A DNA stretch of 63,950 nt, counting the filler, from Gonapodya sp. JEL0774 (lineage: Eukaryota): assembly GCA_027604505.1 (NCBI GenBank). It is 4 parts of 4 records of this genome, joined end to end, with 100 filler letters (N's around TTAATTAATTAA, not from the genome) between each part and the next. Parts side by side here need not be neighbours in the genome. Positions count along the whole stretch, not along the records: positions 48,416 to 63,950 come from JADIIX010000296.1; 3 more parts are not named here. The stretch is one strand, 5' to 3'. The notes under the pieces were generated by a model. That model had not been told where the DNA came from. It made no database searches and saw nothing but the letters and a program-made list of their open reading frames with translations. Within the stretch, counting starts at the first letter, position 1. Each line of letters begins with the position of its first letter. Positions 53,473-63,950 of the stretch are shown here, piece by piece. Position numbers and translations under genes: made by a program.

Positions 53473-54210
53473 TTAAGGAAAGGGGTAACCAACTCTACCA
53501 TAGTAGTTACCTCCCCCCCTGTTACCATACAAATCCATTTATTCAATAGGAGGGTAATGGTATCCTAATGGTATTCTAACCCCCTAACTCCTGTTCTCAT
53601 ACCCACTTATTGTGGTGTCAAAATTCCTTCTTTTCATAGATAGAAAGAATTGTGATACAAATATCCTGAGGGGGGGGTAAGTGTTGTCTAAGGGGTATAA
53701 TAACCATACCTTTCAATTATCCCCTTGTCCAGATTATAGTAGAAGTGGGGTTAAGGTTGGTATAGATCCCCCCTTAGGAGGAGTGTTACCCACTATCCTA
53801 ATCCTGTGTAAACAATTAACTGGGGGGTCGTAATACAAATCCAAATCAATGGTACCATTGATTTGGATTTGTATGAGAACAGGATTATTTGTATTACGAT
53901 TGTACCACAATAAGGAGGTCATAATATTGTGATACAAATCCAAATTATAATTTGGATTTGTATCACAACAATGGGTAGTAATGGTATAATAGCCATACTT
54001 TCCCACTTATTCTTATACAAATAATGTATCACATTATTTGTATAAGAATATCTAAGAGGGGAGGGTCCTCATTGTGGGACAATTTCCCCTTTAAGGAGGA
54101 GGGTTACCCATTTACCATAAATGGTAAATTGTACCATAATGAGGAGTATGAAAATACGATACTTAACCCATCAAATTTTAGGAAATCTAAGTCTATATAT
54201 ATATATCTTG

Positions 54211-54924
54211 ATGTTCTCTTACTCTCCAATGGAAGCTTTTGCAGTCATTAATCTTGGTTATGGTTTTAATGATGTTTCTATTTTCTTAATTTTTGCCTTT
54301 GGTTTCTTAACTTTCTTAGGTTATGCTTTAACTAAAAACCAAACCTTAGTTCCTTCTAACTGGTTCTTAGGTTTAGAAACCTATCATGTTACTCTTTATA
54401 ATATGGTTCGTAATTATATTGGTCCAAAATCTGGTGCTTGGTTCCCATTCCTTTTCACTCTTTTCACTGGTTTACTTTTTTCTAACGTTTTTGGTCTTTT
54501 ACCTTATTCCACTACTCCTACTACTCACCTTATTATTACTTTTAACCTTGCCCTTTTCTTAATGGTCACTGCCATTGCTAATGGTTTCCGTCGTTATCGT
54601 TATGCAATTTTTGGTATTTTTATTCCTGCTGGTATTCCTGTTGCTCTTATTCCTCTTATTTCTATTATCGAAGTATTATCTTACGTTACCCGTATTGGTA
54701 GTCTTGGTCTTCGAATCACTGTTAACATGATTACTGGTCATACCTTAGTTAAAGTTGTTAGTGGTTTCATTTATGAAGGTTTTATTGGTGGTGTATCCTT
54801 AGTTATTTTAGTCTTTCCAATTGTATTATTAACTGTTTTCCTTCTCTTAGAATTATTAATTGCCTATTTACAAGCCTATATTTTTACTTTTATTTCCTGT
54901 ATTACCATTAAAGACTTTTCTTAA
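54211..54924 (+). CDS. atp6: ATP synthase F0 subunit a
   Basis: SPMEAF, FSNVFGLLPYS, IEVLSYVTRIGSLGLRITVNMITGHTL, LELLIAYLQAYIF. Confidence 0.98.
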   Translation: MFSYSPMEAFAVINLGYGFNDVSIFLIFAFGFLTFLGYALTKNQTLVPSNWFLGLETYHVTLYNMVRNYIGPKSGAWFPFLFTLFTGLLFSNVFGLLPYSTTPTTHLIITFNLALFLMVTAIANGFRRYRYAIFGIFIPAGIPVALIPLISIIEVLSYVTRIGSLGLRITVNMITGHTLVKVVSGFIYEGFIGGVSLVILVFPIVLLTVFLLLELLIAYLQAYIFTFISCITIKDFS

Positions 54925-55325
54925 TCCCATGGGTTAAATAATACAAACCCATACTCACTGAAAGGGGGGAGGTACCTCATTGTGGTATCAATAGGTGGGT
55001 TTACCCTCCTTTGTGTGCCTACTTTTTGTGGTACCAAATCTCCATTGTAATATAAATAATACGTTGTATTATTTCTATTACAATAAGTGGGAGGGTCATC
55101 CTACCATTACTACCTCATTGTTGTAATAGTTGTAATATAAATAATCACAACAGGAGGGGGGTTAAGGTTGGTATAGATCCCCCCCTTAGGGGGAGGGTCC
55201 CAATAGTGGTATAGTTCTCCTCATTGTGGTACCACAATGAGAAGTTCAAGTACCATACCTAACCCCCATAGTTGTACCTGGATAAGGCCCCTTCTTCGAG
55301 TGTTTTCTAATATCATCTTTATTTG

Positions 55326-56126
55326 ATGAACAGTGTTAATCTTAGACATCCTTACCACTTAGTTGACCCATCTCCATGGCCAATTTTTGGTGGTTTATCT
55401 GCTTTCGTATTTGCTAGTGGTCTTATCTTCTCCTTCAAACATGGTCCTTCCCTATTAATTGTAGGTCTTATTAGTGTTTTATTAGTTTCCTATGGTTGGT
55501 TCCGTGATGTTACTCGTGAAGGTCTTGCCGGTAAACACACTACTAAAGTTCAAAGTGGTCTAATGCTTGGTGTACTCCTATTCCTTTCTTCCGAAATTCT
55601 TCTTTTCATTAGCTTCTTCTGGGCCTACTTCCACTCTAGTTTATCTCCTGATGTAAGTTTAGGTGGTGTATGGCCTCCAATTGGTATTGTAGCTGTAGAC
55701 CCATGGTCTATCCCATTATTAGGTAGTGTAATTTTACTTTCTTCTGGTGCTACCTGTACTGTTGCTCACAATGCCTTAATTAATGGTAACAAAGACTTAG
55801 CCATTGCGACTATGTTTGCTACTGTTATTTTAGGTTTTATCTTTGTTGGTTTACAAGCTACTGAATATTATGTTGGCCAATTCTCCTTAGCCGACTCTGT
55901 ATTTGGTACTGTTTTCTATATGACTACCGGTTTACACGGTACTCATGTTATTATTGGTGCTATTTTCCTCTCCGTTATGCTTATTCGTATGATTCGCGAC
56001 CAATTCACTCAACATCATCATTTAGGTCTAGAATTCTCTCTTTGGTATTGGCATATGGTTGACGTTGTCTGGCTTTTTGTATTCTTAACTTACTATTGGT
56101 GGGGTTCTATTATCATTATATCGTAA
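55326..56126 (+). CDS. cox3: Cytochrome c oxidase subunit 3
   Basis: HPYHLVDPSPWP, FFWAYFHSSL, WPPIG, TGLHGTHV, WYWHMVDVVWLF. Confidence 0.98.
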   Translation: MNSVNLRHPYHLVDPSPWPIFGGLSAFVFASGLIFSFKHGPSLLIVGLISVLLVSYGWFRDVTREGLAGKHTTKVQSGLMLGVLLFLSSEILLFISFFWAYFHSSLSPDVSLGGVWPPIGIVAVDPWSIPLLGSVILLSSGATCTVAHNALINGNKDLAIATMFATVILGFIFVGLQATEYYVGQFSLADSVFGTVFYMTTGLHGTHVIIGAIFLSVMLIRMIRDQFTQHHHLGLEFSLWYWHMVDVVWLFVFLTYYWWGSIIIIS

Positions 56127-57797
56127 TAACCCACTTATTACGACAAGTGGGAGGGGGGTTAAGGTTGGTATATAATGTTGTCTGAGGAATATTTGTACCA
56201 CTATCTACCTATTATAACCATACCTTCCCAAGATATCTAGGGGAGGGACCTTATTGTGGTATGAGAATAAGTGGTGGGGGGGTCCTCATTTTAGTACCAC
56301 AATGAGGAGAACTATACTCCTTAGACAACACTTAGGAGGATCACCAACTCTTACCCCCTCCCATTTTAATTTGTATTACTATTGTACCACAAAGGAGGGT
56401 AAATTGTCCCACAATGAGTACCCTCCCCTTAACCTCCCCGTGTAACCTGATGAAAAGAAGGGACTTTGACACCACAATAGGTGGGTATTATAAAGTTAAT
56501 TGTTTTACAATGGAGGGTGGAGTAAGTATGCCCTACCCTCTATGGTGATACCCTGAGGAAACGAGTTAGAGATGATTGAAGGATAAGAAGGAGGGTAACC
56601 CTCATTTTTATCCCTACCAACCTTAACCCTTCCGTGTAACCTGCCACCATAGGTGGGTATGGGAATAGACTTGGGTCACCATTGTACTACGATATATCCT
56701 TCATATACCCTTACAATTCCCTTCATAAACCCTTACAATTATCATATGATAATTGTAAGGGTAATAAGGCTTCTCATTTGGGGGGTCCCCCCCCCTTTAG
56801 GGTGGTGCAACCTGATCTTCTATGTGAAACTACATTTGAAATCGAGTGTACTCGTTAGGCCCGGGTCACAAATAGTTGCACCATAAGGGGGTTAACCTGC
56901 CTCCCACTTATGTTATTGAAATTACCTAAATAATTTTTAAGCCTTAATAAGAGAGACAACAACCCTGATGTATACCGGTGTTTACACCCCCTACCCCTCT
57001 CTTTACTCGTTAGAGAGGGTATTAGTATAAGGGGTGGGGGGGGGGGAGGGTAAACCCTCCTTTTTGTGGTTTGTAATATTCTTATACAAATAAGGGTGGT
57101 AGGTATGGTATTTGAACTCCTCATTATGGTCGTAATACAATAGGAGAGTAAGGGTATAGTACCCCTTAGTGTGGTATCAATTTATCGTTCTCATAAAAAT
57201 AAGTGGTGGGGGTGAGTTGGTATAGATCCCCTTAGGGGGAGAGTCCTCATTGTGAATGAGGAGCATTATACTCCTTAGACAACACTTAGGAGGGTCACCA
57301 ACCCTTACCCCCCTACCATTTATCGTAATACAAATCCAAATCAATGGTACCATTGATTTTTACAAATAGATAAATTACCCACTTATCCTGTTGTGATCGT
57401 AATACAAATTCAGATCTACTATGTAGATCTGGATTTGTATTACGACAAATGGGTAATATTGGTATAATGCCATAATTACCCACTTATTTGTATTATTATT
57501 GAAGAAGTTGTCTAAGGTCCTTCCCCCTCCCATTGTTGTGAGACAAATCCAAATTATAAGTCTTCCAATCTATACCAACTCTAACCCCCACCCCTTATTT
57601 GCATGAGGTTAATTGTTTTACAATGGAGGGTGGGGTAAGTATGCCCTACCTCCTATGGTGATACCCTAAGGAAACGAGTCAGAGAAGTAAACCATCTGAC
57701 GAGTGTTAAATGAGGTGTATCCCCCTCCAAACAACTAGGAATACATTTACACCCTCCTTCTTCGATAGAAATATAGGAAATATCTATATACCTTTTG

Positions 57798-60700
57798 ATG
57801 TATCTTTTAATTCTTACTTTACCCTTATTAGGTAGTATTCTCTGTGGTTTTTTAGGTCGTAAATTAGGTAACTTTGGTGGTCCTCTTTTAACTATTATTT
57901 TCATGGGTATTGTTCTTATGTTAGTTGCCCTAGGTTACTATGAAGTAGTTCTACTTAAATCTCCTGTATATCTAGGTGGTATGATTAATGGTCTCGGTTC
58001 TTGGCTTTCCCTAGGCTGGATCAATTTAGATATGGGTTTTGTTTTTGACGAACTTACTTTATCTATGATGATTCCTATCTGTTTTATTTCCTTCTTAGTC
58101 CATATCTATTCTATGGGTTATATGAGTGATGACCCTCATTTACAACGTTTTTTTAGCTACCTCTCTCTTTTCACTTTCTTTATGTTAGTTATGGTTAGTT
58201 CTGATAACTGGCTTCTTTTATTCTTAGGTTAAATCTTCCCGGCCGAGATGTAACGTGAGTTACATTAGAACACATCACTATATGCTGGAACACCCTAAAG
58301 CTTTTAGTACTATTAAGGTTTTCTTATACAAATCCTTCTCCTATCGTAATACAAATAATGTATTACATTATTTGTATTACGATAGTGGGTAAGTAGTGGT
58401 AATAGTACCATAACTACCCCCCCTATTCTCATTCGAATAATGTAATACATTATTTGAATGAGAATAGGAGAAGGATTTGTATAATAATAAGTGGGAAGGT
58501 ATGGTTATAGTGGATAGATAGTGGACTCCTCAGACAATATCTATACCAACCCTAACCCCCTCCCATTGTTGTGAGACAAATCCTTCTCCTATTGTAATAC
58601 AATAGGAGAAGGATTTGTATCACAATTATAAAGTGATAATCTAAAAGATGTTACAATGGGCAATCAGCAGGAAACCAATTCCCTTATTATCAAGGTATTC
58701 TCATACAAATAATATATAACATTATTGTATGAGAACAGGGGATAGTTATGGTACTATTACTCCTCAGATATCGTAATACAAATCTTTCTTCTGTGGTATA
58801 ACTACCATAGAAGAAAGATTTGTATTACGATTCACATTTATCTTTGAACAACCGAATGAAATAAGGGATAGTAGGATCCTCAGAGACTACACGTGATGAA
58901 GTTGACTGATAAATTGTATCAGAATACACTAGTGTAACTACTTTATAGTTGCACTATAAGGGGGCAGGCTGTGGTACTATACCCTGGCTACCCCCCTCCT
59001 TTATAGTGCAACCACTTTGTGGTTGCACTACCTATGGAATTAAGGATTCAACTTGAAGATATAGTCCAGCATCTTATGAAAATAAGATGAAAATAGTGGG
59101 ATAATTTTAACTATGACTTTATTTAATTATCTAATGGTCCTATTATGAGAATTGTATTATTTTTATTACAATAGAATCGTACAGAATCCCTCTATTTACA
59201 CACCTGTGGGAAGGTGTAGGTTTAGTTTCTTACCTTTTAATCGGTTTCTGGTTTACTCGTATTAAAGCAAACCAATCTGCCCTTAAAGCCTTCTTAATGA
59301 ACCGTATTGGTGATACCGGTCTTTTCTTGGCTATGGCTTTGGCAGTATGGTTTACTGGTGATCTTGAATTCACTACTCTTTTTGCTATTTTACCTTACCT
59401 TAATAGTGATATTGTTGCTATCTTAGGTTTCCTTATTGTAGCTGCTGTAATTGCCAAATCTGGTCAATTTGGTCTTCATGCTTGGCTACCAGATGCCATG
59501 GAAGGTTAAAATGGGTTGAATTTGATTGCTAATTTTAGGAAATGCCTATTGGATTATAACAAGGGGTGGGTAAACCCACCTATGTGGTGCAACTGTATTC
59601 TAATCCTCTATAAAACAATTAACTGGGGGTAAGTATAGTGGTTATCCACTCCCATGGTTTATGGATAATGGTTATTATGAAACTAATGACCGTACTTTCC
59701 TTTTTTTTATAACTATAGTTAATCCTTATACGCATAAAAATTTTACTATAAATTAGGTCTATAATCTTGTTCTCAGGAGTTCCCTGGGCCTTCCTTAAAC
59801 TTCACTATATGCTGAAATACCCTAAAGCTAAAAGTACTTAAATTACTTATACTATGACAGAGGTACACCACAATAGGTGGGTTTACCCTCCTTTGTGGTG
59901 CCCCTGGTCTTTCCCATATGGGGGAGGATATTCCCTCTCAAGGGGGATCCTTACGGGTGCTTACACCCCCATACCCTCCTTTCACAGTTACATAACAATA
60001 GGTGGGCTACCCCCTATGTTGTGACCAGGGGGTCCTCATTGTGGTAAAATTTACCCTCGATAGTTATAGGTATTATAAGTGAAAATCTTTTAGATGCTAC
60101 AATGGGCAATCAGCAGGAAACCAAAGTATTGTAATAAATGGGGTATTATGGTACTAAATACCACTACTCACCCATTGTTGTGATCAGTGGGTAGTTATGG
60201 TTCTAGTACCACTGTTTTTGAATATTTGTATCACAATACCCACTGATTAGGATAGTGGGTAGATAGTGGTACAAGTACTCCTCATTGAGGTACAATTTAC
60301 GTTTACCCTCCTTTGTGGTGCCTCCTTTTTGTGGTTACCAACTATTACCCCCCTCCCATAGATTTGAGGCGCCATTGTATGAGAATAAAGGGTGAAGAAT
60401 TAGAGTTGGTGTAGATCCCCCTTAGGGAGGATCTGTACCAACCTTTACCCCCCCTCCCACTTGTCGTAATACAAATCCAAATCAATGGTACCATTGATTT
60501 GGATTTGTATTACGATTGATACCACAATGAGGACCCTCCCCCTAAGGGGGGGGGAAGGAGTACCAACTCTAACCCCCCCTCCCACTACCCCCTATGGTAA
60601 TACCCTCCTGTTGTGATTAATAACAACAGGACAAGTGGGTAGATAGTGGTACAAATGGGTATATTATACCCTTGTCCAGATCTACGTAGTCCCTTCTATG

Positions 60701-62414
60701 TGAAACTACATTTTTAATCGAGTAGATTTGGGTCACAAACAGTTATACCACAATAAGTGGGTTCACAATATTACGATATTAGTAGGATCCTCAGAGACTA
60801 TACGTGAAGCTTTGATTTTTCAAAGATGATATAGTCCGATCAATGGCCAAAACCATTGCTAACGTGATACAAAAGTAGTGGTACTACCATAATGAAGACC
60901 CTCCCCTCTAGAATTCCTTAGACAACACTTAGTGTTGTCTAAGGTCCCTCCCCTCTAGAATAATATTTTACAACAATATTATTCTAGACAAAGATGGGTT
61001 ACCCACTTATAATTGTAAGAGGGGGTTAGGGTTGGTATAGATCCCCCCCTTAGGGGGAGGGTCCTCAGATAATTGTGATACAAATCCTTCTCCTATGGGT
61101 AAGTAATGGTATAAGGATTTGTATAAAAATTGTTTGAGGAGTCTTCCAAGGGGTAATGAATTGAAAAACAAGTTATATATGAATATCCTTTCTAACTTGT
61201 TTTGAAAATTCATATGCCATAAAACCTCGTTAGAAAGGAACCCCCCTCCCACCTTTTTATACAAATATCCTTTTGTAAGGGCTTTAAATGGGTTTTGTAT
61301 CACGATAGAGGTATAAGATTTTAAGCTTATACTAACATAAATGCCTACTCCTGTAAGTGCTCTTATTCATGCTGCTACCATGGTTACTGCCGGTATTTTC
61401 CTTTTATTACGTTTCAGTCCTCTCTTTGGTAGTTCCATTTTCCTTGTTTGGTTAGGTGGTATTACAGCTCTTTTTGGTGCTGTTTATGGTTATGTTCAAA
61501 CTGATATGAAACGTACCATTGCTTATTCTACTACTAGTCAATTAGGTTATATGGTTTTAGCTTGTGGTATCGGTCAATATGGTTTAGCTTTAGCTCACTT
61601 AATGAATCATGCCTTTTTTAAAGCCTTGCTATTCTTATCTGCCGGTGTAGTTATCCATGCTGTTCACGATGAACAAGACGTTAGACGTATGGGCGGTTTA
61701 ATTAGACTTATGCCCATTACTTATGTTACTACCTTAGTTGGTTCTCTTTCCCTTGTTGCTTTACCATTTCTTACCGGTTTCTATTCTAAAGATTACATTC
61801 TTCAAATGGCCTATGGTACCGTTGGCTATGGTATGGGTTTAGCTGCTGCTTACTTTACTGCTTTTTATTCTTTAAAACTTCTTCATCGTGTCTTCTTTGT
61901 TCCCCCACAATCTAAAATTGTATTAGATGCTCATGAACCCCAATTTCATTTGGAAATTGGTAAATGGGCTGGCTTCCCATATCCATTAATCCGCGGACGC
62001 GGATTAATGTTACTTTTACCAACCATTACTCTTACTCTTGCTAGTATTTTCTGGGGTTACTTAACTCAATATCATCTTTTAAGTAGTTTAACTGGTTACC
62101 CATCTAATGCCCTTCTTTCTTCCCATCTTCCTTGGTGGATCGATTTTGCTCCATTAGCTGCCTTCCTAATTGCCCCATTCATGATTAAAACTAACTATAG
62201 TTTACCAACTCTTAAATTTAATGTATATCCTTTCCTACAATTAGCTAATATTACTAGCCGTTACTTTGATAATGGTTTCTTAGCCTGGTTTGGTCCTCAT
62301 GGTGCTGTCTACTTGTTAAACTCTTTTGCAGCTCGCTTAGATTTATTATCTTCTCGTTTCATTCCTCACTTACTTCTTTTCCCATTATTACTCTTTATTC
62401 TTTTAATCCCTTAA
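57798..62414 (+). CDS. nad5: NADH dehydrogenase subunit 5; exons 57798-58229, 59207-59506, 61344-62414 (600 aa)
   Basis: YMSDDPHLQRFFSYL..LLFLG|WEGVG..NRIGD..WLPDAMEG|PTPVSALIHAATMVTAG, IAYST, HAFFKALLF, GFYSKD. Confidence 0.97.
58230..59206 (+). ncRNA. Group I intron 1 of nad5 (ORF-less)
   Basis: Exon ends in U and intron ends in G. P ATGCTGGAA 58282, Q AATCAGCAGG 58662, R TCAGAGACTACA 58880, S AAGATATAGTCC 59056. Confidence 0.93.
59507..61343 (+). ncRNA. Group I intron 2 of nad5 (ORF-less)
   Basis: Exon ends in U and intron ends in G. P ATGCTGAAA 59809, Q AATCAGCAGG 60108, R TCAGAGACTATA 60791, S ATGATATAGTCC 60826. Confidence 0.93.
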
Positions 62415-63950
62415 TTTTACCGTTTAACCATGACCTGCTATGGTATTCCCCAAGAACCCCTCCACCCTCCCCCTTAGGGGATTCGTAATACAAATCCAAA
62501 TCAATGTATCATTGATTTGGATAATGGGTAAATTAACCACTTATCCTGTTGTGATCGTAATACAAATTCAGATCTACTATGTAGATCTGGATTTGTATTA
62601 CGACAAATGGGTAATATTGGTATAATGCCATAATTACCCACTTATTCTTATACAAATCTTTCTCCTGTGGTATAACTACCACAGGAGAAAGACAAGTGGG
62701 TAATAGTGGTACTTAACCATATTATGCCATTGTTCAGATTCACTATGAGAATCTGAATTTGTATTATGATAAATGGGTAAATAGTGGTATAATTCTCCTC
62801 ATTGTGATATCACAATGAGGACCCTCCCCCTAAGGGGGATCTACACCAACTCTAACCCCCCACCACTTATTCTCATACAAATCCTTCTCCTATTCTCATT
62901 CAAATAATGTAGTACATTATTTGAATGAGAAAATGAGGACCCTCCCCCTAAGGGGGGATCTACACCAACTCTAACGGGTAAACCCACCTATTGTGGTGTA
63001 ACCACATAGTGGTTACACCAATTATTTCTATGAGAATAGTTGAGGGGTAACCAACTCTTACCCCCCAGATATCTGAGGGATACCCACCTATTGTGATGTA
63101 ACTGTGAAAGGAGGATATGGGAAAGAAAACTCGTTTAAGGATAGCCTATGACACCCCCTTCTTCGATCCAATTTGTATTAGGACAAGTGGGAGAGGGGTC
63201 CCTCTAACGAGTTATTCTATTCCGTATGTAGTGCAACCACAAAGTAGTTGCACTAGGCACCACAAAGGAGGGTAAACCCACCTATTGTGGTGTAACCACA
63301 TAGTGGTTACACCATCATTAGAGGGAACCCTGTCCCATAGGATAAGAGTTTGTATAAGAATATCCACTTATTTTCTTATACAATAAATAAATTTATATCT
63401 ATAAATTTCTTTGTTTCCATTATAAGACAATAAGTGGGCATTAAATTGATATACTACGTAGTGGAGGAGTAACTGTTAAATTACAAGTCCCTTATTTTCA
63501 CATATACTAAAATAAGAGGGTAATAGTGGTACAAGTACTCCTTAGCCAACAGGATATTTATCTCGCCATAGTCATACAAATCCATATTCTTCTACAATTG
63601 ATTTGGATTTGTATGACGATGGGGGGTGTAACTCCCCTTATTGTACAAAATAATTAACTTTAGTAATACAAATAATGTCCCTTTAGAGATCTATCTCGTA
63701 TTGTGACCTTGGTCTATTCCCATATGGGAGGGGGGTAAGAGTTGGTGACCCTTCCCCTTAGGGAGAGGGATCTTATTGTGGTATCAATCGTTCGTAATAC
63801 AAATCCAAATCAATGGTATCATTGATTTGGACAATGGGTAAATTAACCACTTATCCTGTTGTGATCGTAATATAAATTCAGATCTACTATGTAGATCTGG
63901 ATTTGTATTACGACAAATGGGTAATATTGGTATAATGCCATAATTACCCA

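Larger units (their letters stand above)
48416..63950. other. Mitochondrial genome segment (AT-rich, repeat-swollen)
   Basis: Intact atp9, nad6, atp8, atp6, cox3, nad5 and a tRNA, all on the + strand; group I introns. Confidence 0.95.
57322..63950. repeat. Composite repeat of about 165 bp in three copies (about 57322-57487, 62484-62646, 63793-63950)
   Basis: Shared string CACTTATCCTGTTGTGATCGTAATA[C/T]AAATTCAGATCTACTATGTAGATCTGGATTTGTATTACGACAAATGGGTAATATTGGTATAATGCCATAATTACCCA. Confidence 0.88.

Noticed and set aside
48432..62625. Short ORFs in mitochondrial intergenic and intronic DNA (e.g. 48432-48797, 53734-54006, 61007-61303)
   Set aside because: Translations of hairpin repeats (IQIQI, DLDLYY); no LAGLIDADG or GIY-YIG motifs.
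48416..63950. CRISPR-like array of palindromes
   Set aside because: No constant repeat with unique, regularly sized spacers and no cas genes; the context is mitochondrial.
48416..63950. Nuclear mitochondrial insertion (NUMT)
   Set aside because: It is a separate piece bounded by a spacer, and all genes and intron cores are intact, as expected for genuine mtDNA.

Overview
The window is four unrelated ~16-kb pieces joined by artificial N44-TTAATTAATTAA-N44 spacers (16049-16148, 32183-32282, 48316-48415), with one internal N gap (29747-29844). Pieces 1-3 are intron-rich, GC-balanced nuclear DNA of a fungus-like eukaryote. Piece 4 is AT-rich mitochondrial DNA carrying atp9, nad6, trnP, atp8, atp6, cox3 and nad5 (two group I introns), embedded in a dense family of palindromic repeats. 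Several traits together point to a zoosporic Monoblepharidomycete (Gonapodya-like); this is inference: every mitochondrial start codon is preceded by G (GATG), Trp is encoded by TGG, the tRNA has acceptor-stem mismatches, and a ciliary PTPDC1-like phosphatase is present. The standout is an intact, spliced, full-length nitric oxide synthase (oxygenase + FMN + FAD/NADPH, about 1189 aa, 5808-9659), an enzyme fungi are generally thought to lack. It keeps the Zn-binding CxxxxC motif and has several unusual substitutions. Other nuclear genes: two SDRs, a secreted two-module Cys-rich protein, an MFS/DHA1 transporter, UCH37, a DEAH helicase, Sec62, cohesin Scc3/STAG, a kelch protein, a tandem GNAT array, mitochondrial uS15, an LrgAB-like transporter, Nup82/88, an F-box protein and the left end of a PIF/Harbinger transposon. 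All calls are by eye from motifs; no database searches were run.
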